DNA of 64,000 nt from contig CACJBQ010000003.1 in NCBI GenBank assembly GCA_902591695.1, positions 11,951 through 75,950 of the forward strand, written 5' to 3'. A program made the position numbers and the translations under genes. Numbering within the stretch: position 1 is the stretch's first letter; every line of letters starts with the position of its first letter. Shown here piece after piece: positions 12,102 to 20,336 of the stretch. The DNA is from an uncultured Pelagibacteraceae bacterium (GTDB taxonomy: Bacteria > Pseudomonadota > Alphaproteobacteria > Pelagibacterales > Pelagibacteraceae). The notes beneath the pieces were generated by a model. That model had not been told where the DNA came from. It did no database searches and was given only the letters and a program-made list of their open reading frames with translations.

Positions 12102-12488
12102 ATGAAGTTTGGATTACTCAGAATTTTAACAATAATACTGTCCTTTTTCTTTCTGACAGGTTTTGTACCCATTCTTTCATTTGTTGGGCCTGGTGTAACA
12201 GCCCTTACTTCAGGTAATATCTATAAAGCAAGTGCTCAATATATAATTAATCAAAGAATAGAAAAAGAAACTGGGAAAAATTCCTTAACTTTAATTAAAG
12301 AAACGTTAGCCGAAGAAACAGATAAAAATATTAAAAAAAATTCGTTTGATGATGATTTAAGACAATTAGTTGAAACAAGATTAAAAATGACTAGACAAAA
12401 ACTAGATAATCAAAATTTACAAAAACTACTTAAGAAACGAATTGAGGTTACTAAATCAATACTAGATTTAAATAACACTACTCAATAA
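12102..12488 (+). CDS. Hypothetical exported/membrane-anchored protein
   Basis: N-terminal hydrophobic signal-like segment; helical C-terminus with a 20-aa internal repeat. Confidence 0.6.
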   Translation: MKFGLLRILTIILSFFFLTGFVPILSFVGPGVTALTSGNIYKASAQYIINQRIEKETGKNSLTLIKETLAEETDKNIKKNSFDDDLRQLVETRLKMTRQKLDNQNLQKLLKKRIEVTKSILDLNNTTQ

Positions 12489-12918
12489 TATTTAGATATA
12501 TCAAGTTTTCTTGTTTAGTTTCTTTACACCACATTTCATAGCTTTCACAAACCCTCCACAAGTGATCAAAGGCTCTCTGAGAAATTTCTAGTGGAAAATG
12601 ACTTTTAGTATAATAAAGTTTTGGTATTTTCATTAAAAATTTTATCATTGAATTTTTTTGTAACTCTAAAAGTCTTAAAGTTTCTTCATTAATTTTTTTT
12701 TTAGTTATTTGGTCAATAAATTTATTATTCTTAAGTTCTAAAAACCACTTATCATGAAATTCTCCAGAACTTAAAATGTCATATTCCTTAGTAGTCATGA
12801 AAATTTCAAAAGCTTGTATATTATTGATTTCAGGGTTTTGTTTTTTAATTTCTATTATATTCGAATAAACAAACTCAGCAGCTCTCAACACATATGGTTT
12901 TTCAGTCTTGTTAGACAT
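12478..12918 (-). CDS. Hypothetical protein (CExYExxC motif; paralog of 54632..55159)
   Basis: 146-aa ORF overlapping the racemase stop; aligned by eye to 54632..55159. Confidence 0.7.
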   Translation of the reverse strand: MSNKTEKPYVLRAAEFVYSNIIEIKKQNPEINNIQAFEIFMTTKEYDILSSGEFHDKWFLELKNNKFIDQITKKKINEETLRLLELQKNSMIKFLMKIPKLYYTKSHFPLEISQRAFDHLWRVCESYEMWCKETKQENLIYLNIIE

Positions 12919-13669
12919 AAACTAATTTTTTATGCTTAACCATAGCTGAATGAGCTAAAATTAAATTAGGATCTAGGAAAACTTTTGAGGATTTTACATT
13001 TTTAAATGATTTAAATGCAAAAATTGCGATTGGGAGCTCTGTACAACCTAGAATGATTTTTTTACACTTCATTTTAATTAAGGAGTCAATTGCAGGCTTA
13101 ATTGCTTTTGCTGCAGCCTTTACATTACCCATTTTAACAAATTTAATTGCTTTATTAACTGAAAATTTTTGTATTTTTTGAGATGGCTCTATCAATTGAT
13201 AATCTTTTTCAAAAAATTTTTTATAAACTCCAGTTTTAAGAGTACCCTCAGTTGCTAAGAGACCAACTTTGGAGCTTTTCTTGCATTTTTTTTTTGTAAA
13301 TTTGAAAACTTCTTTTGGCATATTGATTATTGGAATATTAACTTTATTTTGTAAATCATCGAACCAATAATGGGCCGTGTTGCAAGGTATAACTATAAAT
13401 TTACATTTATTCTTTTCTAGAAGCTTACAACCTTTGAGTAAGCTCTTTAAAACTTTATTATATTTTGCTTTACTTTTTTTATTTGTAGATTTGTTTGAAA
13501 GATTTTTAGTTTGAGAGCCAATAGATTCAGGTCTACCAGGAATATTTGATTTATTATAAAGTATAAATAATGGATACTCTTGATCTATTTTTCCTCTATT
13601 TAAAACTGCAAGTTTGTTGCAAAAATCAAGACCTGCTTGAGTTCCCATTCCACCTAAAATTCCAATCAT
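12911..13669 (-). CDS. Aspartate/glutamate racemase family protein
   Basis: IGILGGMG, PCNTAH and LGCTELP catalytic Cys motifs. Confidence 0.9.
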   Translation of the reverse strand: MIGILGGMGTQAGLDFCNKLAVLNRGKIDQEYPLFILYNKSNIPGRPESIGSQTKNLSNKSTNKKSKAKYNKVLKSLLKGCKLLEKNKCKFIVIPCNTAHYWFDDLQNKVNIPIINMPKEVFKFTKKKCKKSSKVGLLATEGTLKTGVYKKFFEKDYQLIEPSQKIQKFSVNKAIKFVKMGNVKAAAKAIKPAIDSLIKMKCKKIILGCTELPIAIFAFKSFKNVKSSKVFLDPNLILAHSAMVKHKKLVYV

Positions 13670-13746
13670 AATTTTGATTAATTTATTAATTTTTTAATTT
13701 AAATCTATAATTAATAATTGTGTTTAAAGATTGTTATTTAATAATG

Positions 13747-13797
13747 TATTGGCTGAATAATAAATTTTTTAAAGTTAAATAAATTTTTCAGCCAATA
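13747..13797 (-). terminator. Stem-loop in the 3' UTR of the cold-shock gene
   Basis: Perfect 11-bp inverted repeat TATTGGCTGAA...TTCAGCCAATA just past the csp stop codon. Confidence 0.5.
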
Positions 13798-13809
13798 GGA
13801 AGTGTGAAA

Positions 13810-14016
13810 TTATGCAGTTTTTAAGTTAACTGCTGAAGGACCTTTGGGACCATCTTCAACATCGAAAGTCAAAGCTTGACCCTCATCTAAACCGTTCATA
13901 CCAGCATCTCTTACTGCTGAAACATGTACAAACACATCTTTTTCTTTATCTTCTCTTTCAATAAAACCAAAACCTTTGGTTGGATTGAACCACTTTACTT
14001 TACCTTGTAGACTCAT
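13810..14016 (-). CDS. Cold-shock RNA-binding protein (CspA family)
   Basis: GKVKWFN, RNP1 KGFGFI, RNP2 DVFVH. Confidence 0.96.
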   Translation of the reverse strand: MSLQGKVKWFNPTKGFGFIEREDKEKDVFVHVSAVRDAGMNGLDEGQALTFDVEDGPKGPSAVNLKTA

Positions 14017-14133
14017 ATTTATCTTCTTACTTTTTGTTATGTTTAATTATTACTTATAATTAAGTAATATTGGCTTTCTTTAGATTTTATTGGGTTTTGT
14101 CAACAAAATAGATCAATAATTAAAAATAATTTT

Positions 14134-14601
14134 TTAAATATCATCAATAAGCATAGTTAAATAAACAGAATTGATGTCCTCTTTATAGTGCGCGAAAGGT
14201 TCGCATACTGTGAAACCAGTTTTTTTGAAAAGTTTTCTTGCTGGTATAAAAAAATCACCTGCTCCTGTTTCAATACTTAATCTTTTTATTTTAAGCTTTT
14301 TAGCCTCATTAATTAAATGATTGATTACATTAATCCCTTGGCCTTGCTCTCTAAAATTATCGTGAACTCTTATTGATTTAAATTCTCCATGTTCTTTATC
14401 CAAAAATTTTAAAGCACCACAGCCGATCAGTTTTTTATCATCCCATAAACTCCAAAATTTAATTGATGGATCTTTTAAACCAGGAATATCTAGGACGTGA
14501 GCACTTCCTTCTGGAGAAGCAGCTCTAAGCTCAACAAAATGTTTGGTAAGAAGATCATTAACTTCTGGATTATCAAAATTGCCTTCTATTGATTTTAACA
14601 T
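14134..14601 (-). CDS. GNAT family N-acetyltransferase
   Basis: GCGALK, GEFKSIRV, REQGQG acetyl-CoA motif, LSIETG. Confidence 0.88.
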   Translation of the reverse strand: MLKSIEGNFDNPEVNDLLTKHFVELRAASPEGSAHVLDIPGLKDPSIKFWSLWDDKKLIGCGALKFLDKEHGEFKSIRVHDNFREQGQGINVINHLINEAKKLKIKRLSIETGAGDFFIPARKLFKKTGFTVCEPFAHYKEDINSVYLTMLIDDI

Positions 14602-15648
14602 TTATACTAAAGTTGTGATATGACCCATTTTTCTTTTTTCTTTTATATCTTTTTTTAAATAATCAAAGAAAAATTCATTTTCATTAAACTTTTGTATATT
14701 TCTATAATGAGTAATTTGATCACCAAGCAAATTCATCATTTTAGCATTAGATATTTTTTTTAAAGGAATTTGTTCCAAACCACATACAGCTCTTACATGA
14801 TTTTCAAATTGACTCACATTGAAAGCATTTATTGTTAAATGTCCTGAGTTATGTACTCTGGGTGCAATCTCATTAACATAAAGATTATCATTTCTATCAA
14901 TAAAAAATTCTACACATAAAGTTCCGACATATTTAAGCTCTTCAGCAATTAGCATTGCCCAATTTTTAGATTGATTAAAAATCTTTTCATTAATTTCAGC
15001 AGGTATTTTTGAATATTTTAAAATTTGATCTTCGTGAGAGTTTTCTATTGGTTCATAAATTTCATATTTATTGTTACTAAATCTTGTAATTATAATTGAA
15101 ATCTCTTTTTTTAATTTTACAAGTTTTTCAAGAATGTATCCTTTTGAAAAATCAATATTCAATGAATTAAGTTCATTGCCTGATTTAATTGGATATTGAC
15201 CTTTGCCATCGTATCCTAGCGTTGTTGTTTTGAGAATACCTGGTAAAAAATCTACTAAGGCATCTATGTCAGATTTTTTTTCAATCGAAACATATCTGGT
15301 TGTTCTAATATTTAATTTATTAACAAAATCTTTTTCAGCCAATCGATGTTGAATTAATCTATTAACAGAAGGCTTTGGCAAAACAGGTTTAAATTTATTT
15401 ATTTCATTTAATGTTTCGTATGGAATATTTTCAAATTCATAAGTGACTAAATCAACCTGATTCATAAATTCTGATATCTTTTCTTTATTATCATAATTTC
15501 CAGTAACAAATTGATTACAAAAATTTTGCGCAGGCGAATCTATGTCATCACAAAAAACAACAGTTTTAACATTTAATTTTTTTGCTGCTATTGCTAGCAT
15601 GCTTCCAAGTTGGCCACCCCCAATGATTCCAAGAGTAATTTCTGACAT
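14602..15648 (-). CDS. purK: N5-carboxyaminoimidazole ribonucleotide synthase
   Basis: GGGQLG, GYDGKGQ, NEIAPRVHNSGH, RKMGH; adjacent to purE. Confidence 0.96.
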   Translation of the reverse strand: MSEITLGIIGGGQLGSMLAIAAKKLNVKTVVFCDDIDSPAQNFCNQFVTGNYDNKEKISEFMNQVDLVTYEFENIPYETLNEINKFKPVLPKPSVNRLIQHRLAEKDFVNKLNIRTTRYVSIEKKSDIDALVDFLPGILKTTTLGYDGKGQYPIKSGNELNSLNIDFSKGYILEKLVKLKKEISIIITRFSNNKYEIYEPIENSHEDQILKYSKIPAEINEKIFNQSKNWAMLIAEELKYVGTLCVEFFIDRNDNLYVNEIAPRVHNSGHLTINAFNVSQFENHVRAVCGLEQIPLKKISNAKMMNLLGDQITHYRNIQKFNENEFFFDYLKKDIKEKRKMGHITTLV

Positions 15649-15649
15649 T

Positions 15650-16141
15650 TTATTTCGGAGATTTCTTTACAGATTTAGTTTGTGATGTTCTAAAATTTTT
15701 AAGTTTTTTTCGAACATTTGAGTTATTATTAGCAATTATTGCTGCAGCTAACAAAGCAGCATTAATGGCACCGTCCTCTCCTATAGCAAGCGTTCCAACA
15801 GGTATTCCTTTAGGCATTTGAGCTATTGATAACAAACTATCTAAACCTTTAAGTTTTTTACTTTCAACAGGAACGCCAAGTACTGGCACATGCGTAAGTG
15901 CTGATATCATGCCTGGCAAATGAGCAGATCCTCCAGCACCTGCAATTATTACTCCTATATTATTTTGCTCAACTTTTGCTGCATATTCATACATTCTTTG
16001 TGGTGTTCTGTGAGCAGATATAATTTTTGTTTCAAATGAAACTCCCATTTTTTTAAGGGTTTTTTCAGCTAGTTTCATTACTTTGTAGTCAGATTGACTT
16101 CCCATTATGATTGAAACTTTTAATTTACTATTTTTTTTCAT
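15650..16141 (-). CDS. purE: N5-CAIR mutase
   Basis: MGSQSD, SAHRTP, AGAGGSAHLPGM, GLDSLLSIAQMP. Confidence 0.97.
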   Translation of the reverse strand: MKKNSKLKVSIIMGSQSDYKVMKLAEKTLKKMGVSFETKIISAHRTPQRMYEYAAKVEQNNIGVIIAGAGGSAHLPGMISALTHVPVLGVPVESKKLKGLDSLLSIAQMPKGIPVGTLAIGEDGAINAALLAAAIIANNNSNVRKKLKNFRTSQTKSVKKSPK

Positions 16142-16235
16142 GAAAATTGATCAATCTGTTTATTTCAAAATTAACTTAAAATTTCAATAAAATTAATAGT
16201 ATTTAAAATACATATTGATTAGAGTTAAGCATACT

Positions 16236-17201
16236 ATGAATTATAAAATCGATAATCTTCAATATTGTAATTGGTCTAGGAAAATCTTTGAGATCAACAG
16301 ATCTGCTGGATTAGATGCTGTTCATGTTACCATTGTCTACCATGAAGATTTTGATGAATTACAACTTGAAATTAAAAAATGGGAAAAATTATTTCAAGAA
16401 AATTCTGATTTAATTTTTCTTGGTAAGAATTTCCAAGATATTGATAAAGCTAATAAAGAAAACAAAACTGCAATATTTTTTGGTTTTCAAAACTGTTCAC
16501 CAATTGAAGATGACATAGATCTTGTTGAAAAGGTTCATAAATTAGGATGTAGATTTATGCAACTTACTTACAATAACCAGTCTTTGCTAGCAACAGGTTG
16601 TTATGAAAAAGTAGATAGCGGAGTTACAAATTTTGGACGTGAGGTTATAAGAGAAATGAATAGAGTTGGCCTCGTGGTAGACATGTCACATTCTGCAGAA
16701 AAAAGTACTCTAGATGCAATTGAATTCAGTAAAAAACCAATAGCAATTACTCATGCTAATCCTTCTTTTTGGCATCCAGCTAAAAGAAATAAATCCTCAG
16801 ATTTATTAAAAATTTTGAGTGATAGTGGTGGTATGTTGGGTTTATCATTATACCCTCATCACTTAAAAGATAACACAAATTGTACTCTAGATAGTTTTTG
16901 TGAAATGGTAGCAAAAACAGCTGAAATAATGGATGTAAAAAAAATAGGAATAGGATCAGATCTTTGTTTAGATCATCCAGATACTGTTGTTGAATGGATG
17001 AGAAATGGTTCTTGGTCTAAAAGTAAAAATTATGGTGAAGGTTCGAAAAATAAACCAGGTTTTCCTAAACAACCTGACTGGTTTCTTGATGCAAGAGGGT
17101 TCTCAAATATTGAAAAAGGTCTAAAAAAAGCAGGTTTTTCAGATACCGAGACACATGGAATACTTGGAAATAACTGGTACAATTTTTATAAAACTATTTA
17201 A
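16236..17201 (+). CDS. Membrane dipeptidase-like (M19) amidohydrolase with atypical metal ligands
   Basis: QLTYN, DMSH, THAN, GIGSD motifs; ATG at 16236 preferred. Confidence 0.8.
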   Translation: MNYKIDNLQYCNWSRKIFEINRSAGLDAVHVTIVYHEDFDELQLEIKKWEKLFQENSDLIFLGKNFQDIDKANKENKTAIFFGFQNCSPIEDDIDLVEKVHKLGCRFMQLTYNNQSLLATGCYEKVDSGVTNFGREVIREMNRVGLVVDMSHSAEKSTLDAIEFSKKPIAITHANPSFWHPAKRNKSSDLLKILSDSGGMLGLSLYPHHLKDNTNCTLDSFCEMVAKTAEIMDVKKIGIGSDLCLDHPDTVVEWMRNGSWSKSKNYGEGSKNKPGFPKQPDWFLDARGFSNIEKGLKKAGFSDTETHGILGNNWYNFYKTI

Positions 17202-17203
17202 TT

Positions 17204-18865
17204 ATGAAAGTTGAATTAAGAGACCCGAATAAGATAATGAAATTATCAAGGCTAGGATCTTTTCATCAATCAAAATTATCTTTTTTAAGAAGTTTTCTTA
17301 ATGAATTTAAAGAGTGGGAGTATAAAAGAGATTTATTTAATTTAAATGAAAATGGTTTTGGAGAAGCTGTTTATTCATTTAAAAAAAATAAAAGAGTTTA
17401 TTCTTTAATTTGTTTTGCAAATGAAATCAAAGATGAAGAAAGATCAGATAGAGTTATTGCAACAAAATGGGATGCAGCTTTTACATTACATGATGGAGTT
17501 CCTACAAAAAAAGACATTGAAAGATTAAAAAATGAAGTTCCAAAACAAGAAGTTGGCAGACTTTCTTATAAAGAATTAACTTTATCGAGAGCAAACAAAT
17601 CAGTAAGAATTTATAATCATGTAGTTGAAAGTTTGAGCAAAGGTAAGCAGCCAGATTTAAACTTATTATCAAAAGTAGGCTATTTATATAGGACTACAGC
17701 AGTATATGGCTCAGGCAAATTTGGTCTTGCAGATCGATTCAGAATTAAAAATCGTCAAGAAATTAATGGTCCATTCAGATTAGAAATGATGTTGGTTTAT
17801 TTGGTAAGACAATTTACTTTTGATCAAGTTAATCATGTTGCTTATCATAAAAATCCAAAAACAGCTGTTAAGCTTGATGATAATATTTGTAAAAACTTGG
17901 GAATAGGTAATTCCACAGGCTTAGGTATGGCTCCATTTATAGTCAATCACCCAACTCTATTAAATAATTGGATTTTAAGTAGAGAAAAAGCACTTAAGAA
18001 AATTAGAGAAATCAAAGATGTAGAAAGTCAAGATAGCGATTTGTTTATAGATTGTGTAAAAAAATCATTAAAAAATATTACAAGCTGGAATACCGATAGT
18101 GAATATCAGCAAAAAAAAATTTCTTCATTATTAAAGGATGTTGAAAAATTCTTAAATTTTATAGATAAAGATTTTAATTTTAAGAGCAAATATCCTTTTA
18201 ACAAAATCTATAAATGGTTAGAGGACAATACTTGTGAGGAATGTATTGAATACATAGTTTCAATAATGATGGAACCTTATAACGATATTATAAATCCTTT
18301 GGTAAAAGAAATGAGTTCAGACGAGGAAAAATATTTTAATATTCCAACTTATAGAAAAGTTGATGAATTGAGGAATATCATTGAAGCAAAGTATCCCAAT
18401 ATTCTAGATATTAATTTTGAAGAAAAAGAAAATAATAAAAACTTTTGGTTTATTTCAAAAAATAAAGAAGAACCTAGATTGGCAGATCGTTTTGAAGAAC
18501 ATGGATCAGAATTAGAACAACCTTTGGCAATAGCAAGAGATATAAAAAAACTTTATAACAAATTATTAGTCTCAAAAAATAGTTTAACTATTGCTGAGTT
18601 TTTAACTTCAAATTCTGAGTTAAGACATGTGGTAAGAAGAGCGTTTATTGTAGAAAAATTTCCTTATTCAGAAATACAAGATAATACAATTGGTAAAGAT
18701 TTAATGCCAATTGATATGCTAAGACTAAAATTATCTTTTTTTGGGGCATTAAAATTTGATCCACGATCTGACAAATGGTTAAGAATTTGCATGTTCCAAG
18801 GTGCTCCACTTCCAAATGAGTTAAAAAGTTATGACGAGCAGTGGGTATATAAAACCAATATTTAA
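17204..18865 (+). CDS. Conserved hypothetical protein (553 aa)
   Basis: Long clean ORF with enzyme-like blocks RTTAVYGSGKFG, GIGNSTGLGMAPF, KEEPRL, KFDPRSDKWLRI.MFQGAP. Confidence 0.8.
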   Translation: MKVELRDPNKIMKLSRLGSFHQSKLSFLRSFLNEFKEWEYKRDLFNLNENGFGEAVYSFKKNKRVYSLICFANEIKDEERSDRVIATKWDAAFTLHDGVPTKKDIERLKNEVPKQEVGRLSYKELTLSRANKSVRIYNHVVESLSKGKQPDLNLLSKVGYLYRTTAVYGSGKFGLADRFRIKNRQEINGPFRLEMMLVYLVRQFTFDQVNHVAYHKNPKTAVKLDDNICKNLGIGNSTGLGMAPFIVNHPTLLNNWILSREKALKKIREIKDVESQDSDLFIDCVKKSLKNITSWNTDSEYQQKKISSLLKDVEKFLNFIDKDFNFKSKYPFNKIYKWLEDNTCEECIEYIVSIMMEPYNDIINPLVKEMSSDEEKYFNIPTYRKVDELRNIIEAKYPNILDINFEEKENNKNFWFISKNKEEPRLADRFEEHGSELEQPLAIARDIKKLYNKLLVSKNSLTIAEFLTSNSELRHVVRRAFIVEKFPYSEIQDNTIGKDLMPIDMLRLKLSFFGALKFDPRSDKWLRICMFQGAPLPNELKSYDEQWVYKTNI

Positions 18866-18867
18866 TA

Positions 18868-19479
18868 ATGAAATCACTCAGTGAAATTGAAACTACTGTT
18901 AAAAGAGCTTCAAAGGCAGCAGGATATTCTTGGGGAGTTTCTGAGGAAACAGGAAAAAGTATAAGGTTGTTAGAGCTATTTAGTTTACCGGGTATTAAGC
19001 ACCTTAACGAATATTTTAATGAAAAAAATAAAAGTAAATTTGAAAATTTAAATTTAATTAGTGAAAATAACTCTTCATCAAAAAATCCTTACTGTCCAAT
19101 TACTTTAGGTGTTAGTTTTTTAGATCAAATAAATATTTTAGAAAATTTAAAAAAAATTGAATTCAAAAATGTTGCTTATCCAATAATTTTTATTTCCTTT
19201 ATAAGTCGTTCATCAGAGATTATTGGAAAAAAAATTTATGTAAAAATGGATGAAAAAGAAATTTTACTAAATTTAAATGTAAATATTAGTTCAAATTTTA
19301 TTGAACAAGAATTTCCAAAATTAGTGAATACAATTGAGGTAAAACTACTCGAAAATGAAGACAATTTTACAGACGATGAATGGAATAATTTATACAAGTT
19401 ATCTGAAGAAACTTTTGTCGAAGAGAGCGACAGTTTAAAAGAGGGTGCGGCAGGTGCTGGTTTGACTGATAATGACTGA
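18868..19479 (+). CDS. DUF3726-like protein
   Basis: SLSEI...KRA..AAG.SWG..EE N-terminus and GAGLTDND C-terminus. Confidence 0.7.
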   Translation: MKSLSEIETTVKRASKAAGYSWGVSEETGKSIRLLELFSLPGIKHLNEYFNEKNKSKFENLNLISENNSSSKNPYCPITLGVSFLDQINILENLKKIEFKNVAYPIIFISFISRSSEIIGKKIYVKMDEKEILLNLNVNISSNFIEQEFPKLVNTIEVKLLENEDNFTDDEWNNLYKLSEETFVEESDSLKEGAAGAGLTDND

Positions 19480-19639
19480 TAAAACTGATGAAAAATATCT
19501 TAATACAGATACTGAAGAATTAAACAATATTTGTGATGAATGCAAAGAGGAAGACGAAAGTGTAACTCAAAATTTAATTCTTACTGGGTTTAAATTATGT
19601 AAATCTTGTAGAGTATCTAAGACTATTTTTCCGCTTTAA
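19472..19639 (+). CDS. Small putative zinc-finger protein (55 aa, CxxC-x19-CxxC)
   Basis: Hand translation MTDKTDEKYLNTDTEELNNICDECKEEDESVTQNLILTGFKLCKSCRVSKTIFPL; start overlaps the upstream stop and the ORF fills the gap exactly. Confidence 0.7.
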   Translation: MTDKTDEKYLNTDTEELNNICDECKEEDESVTQNLILTGFKLCKSCRVSKTIFPL

Positions 19640-20181
19640 CTGATTTGACTTACTGGAAGCATATTCATTCTACTCATTACAAATGAGATAGATAAAAATG
19701 CAATAATTAAAAAGGATAAAAGTACAATCCCAAAAGATTTAAAATTAGATTTTAAACTTAATATTTGCTTAGTTGAAATTATTAAACCTGCAAAAATCCA
19801 GAACTGGGTAAGAAAAATTATTGGTATCATTAAATCTGGTGTGACCGCAAAAAATCTTAATAAACCAGGTGCATGTGCAAATCCAACTGCTGTTAAAACT
19901 TTTTTGAATGAAACTTTGGTTTGTTTATCAGGAAATAATTTCACTCCAATTACAAAAATAAAAATTGCCCATATTAGCCAAGTAACTATTGCAGTTAGAC
20001 CAGACATTGCGATAGCTGTTTTAATAATTGTATTCGCTGCTACTGCGCCAGCGATACCATCTAGGATCATTATAATCCCAGCAAAATATATCGATGCTTC
20101 TCCAAAATTTTTATTATCTGAATAAAGGGTTTTATCTAATTTGATTGACTTAAAAATTATATTTAAAAATTCAGCAAACAT
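19636..20181 (-). CDS. Yip1-like membrane protein
   Basis: Five hydrophobic segments, GFAHAPG motif. Confidence 0.7.
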   Translation of the reverse strand: MFAEFLNIIFKSIKLDKTLYSDNKNFGEASIYFAGIIMILDGIAGAVAANTIIKTAIAMSGLTAIVTWLIWAIFIFVIGVKLFPDKQTKVSFKKVLTAVGFAHAPGLLRFFAVTPDLMIPIIFLTQFWIFAGLIISTKQILSLKSNFKSFGIVLLSFLIIAFLSISFVMSRMNMLPVSQIS

Positions 20182-20291
20182 TAATTTTTTTTATTTTTAT
20201 TTTTTTGAGCTTTATAAGAAACAATTAATGGAAATATTATTAAAGCAATAGCAATGATAATGCAAACTGCTATTAGAAAACTTTTGGTCAT
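20181..20291 (-). CDS. Small single-TM protein (36 aa)
   Basis: Hand translation MTKSFLIAVCIIIAIALIIFPLIVSYKAQKNKNKKN; TAATG-coupled to the Yip1-like gene. Confidence 0.6.
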   Translation of the reverse strand: MTKSFLIAVCIIIAIALIIFPLIVSYKAQKNKNKKN

Positions 20292-20297
20292 TAGAAT

Positions 20298-20326
20298 TGA
20301 AAAGGGGAGCTGAAATTAGCTCCCCC
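20298..20326 (-). terminator. Rho-independent terminator of the metF-GcvT operon
   Basis: GGGGAGCT-gaaatt-AGCTCCCC stem followed by a U-run on the minus strand. Confidence 0.8.
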
Positions 20327-20336
20327 TCAGTAAATT

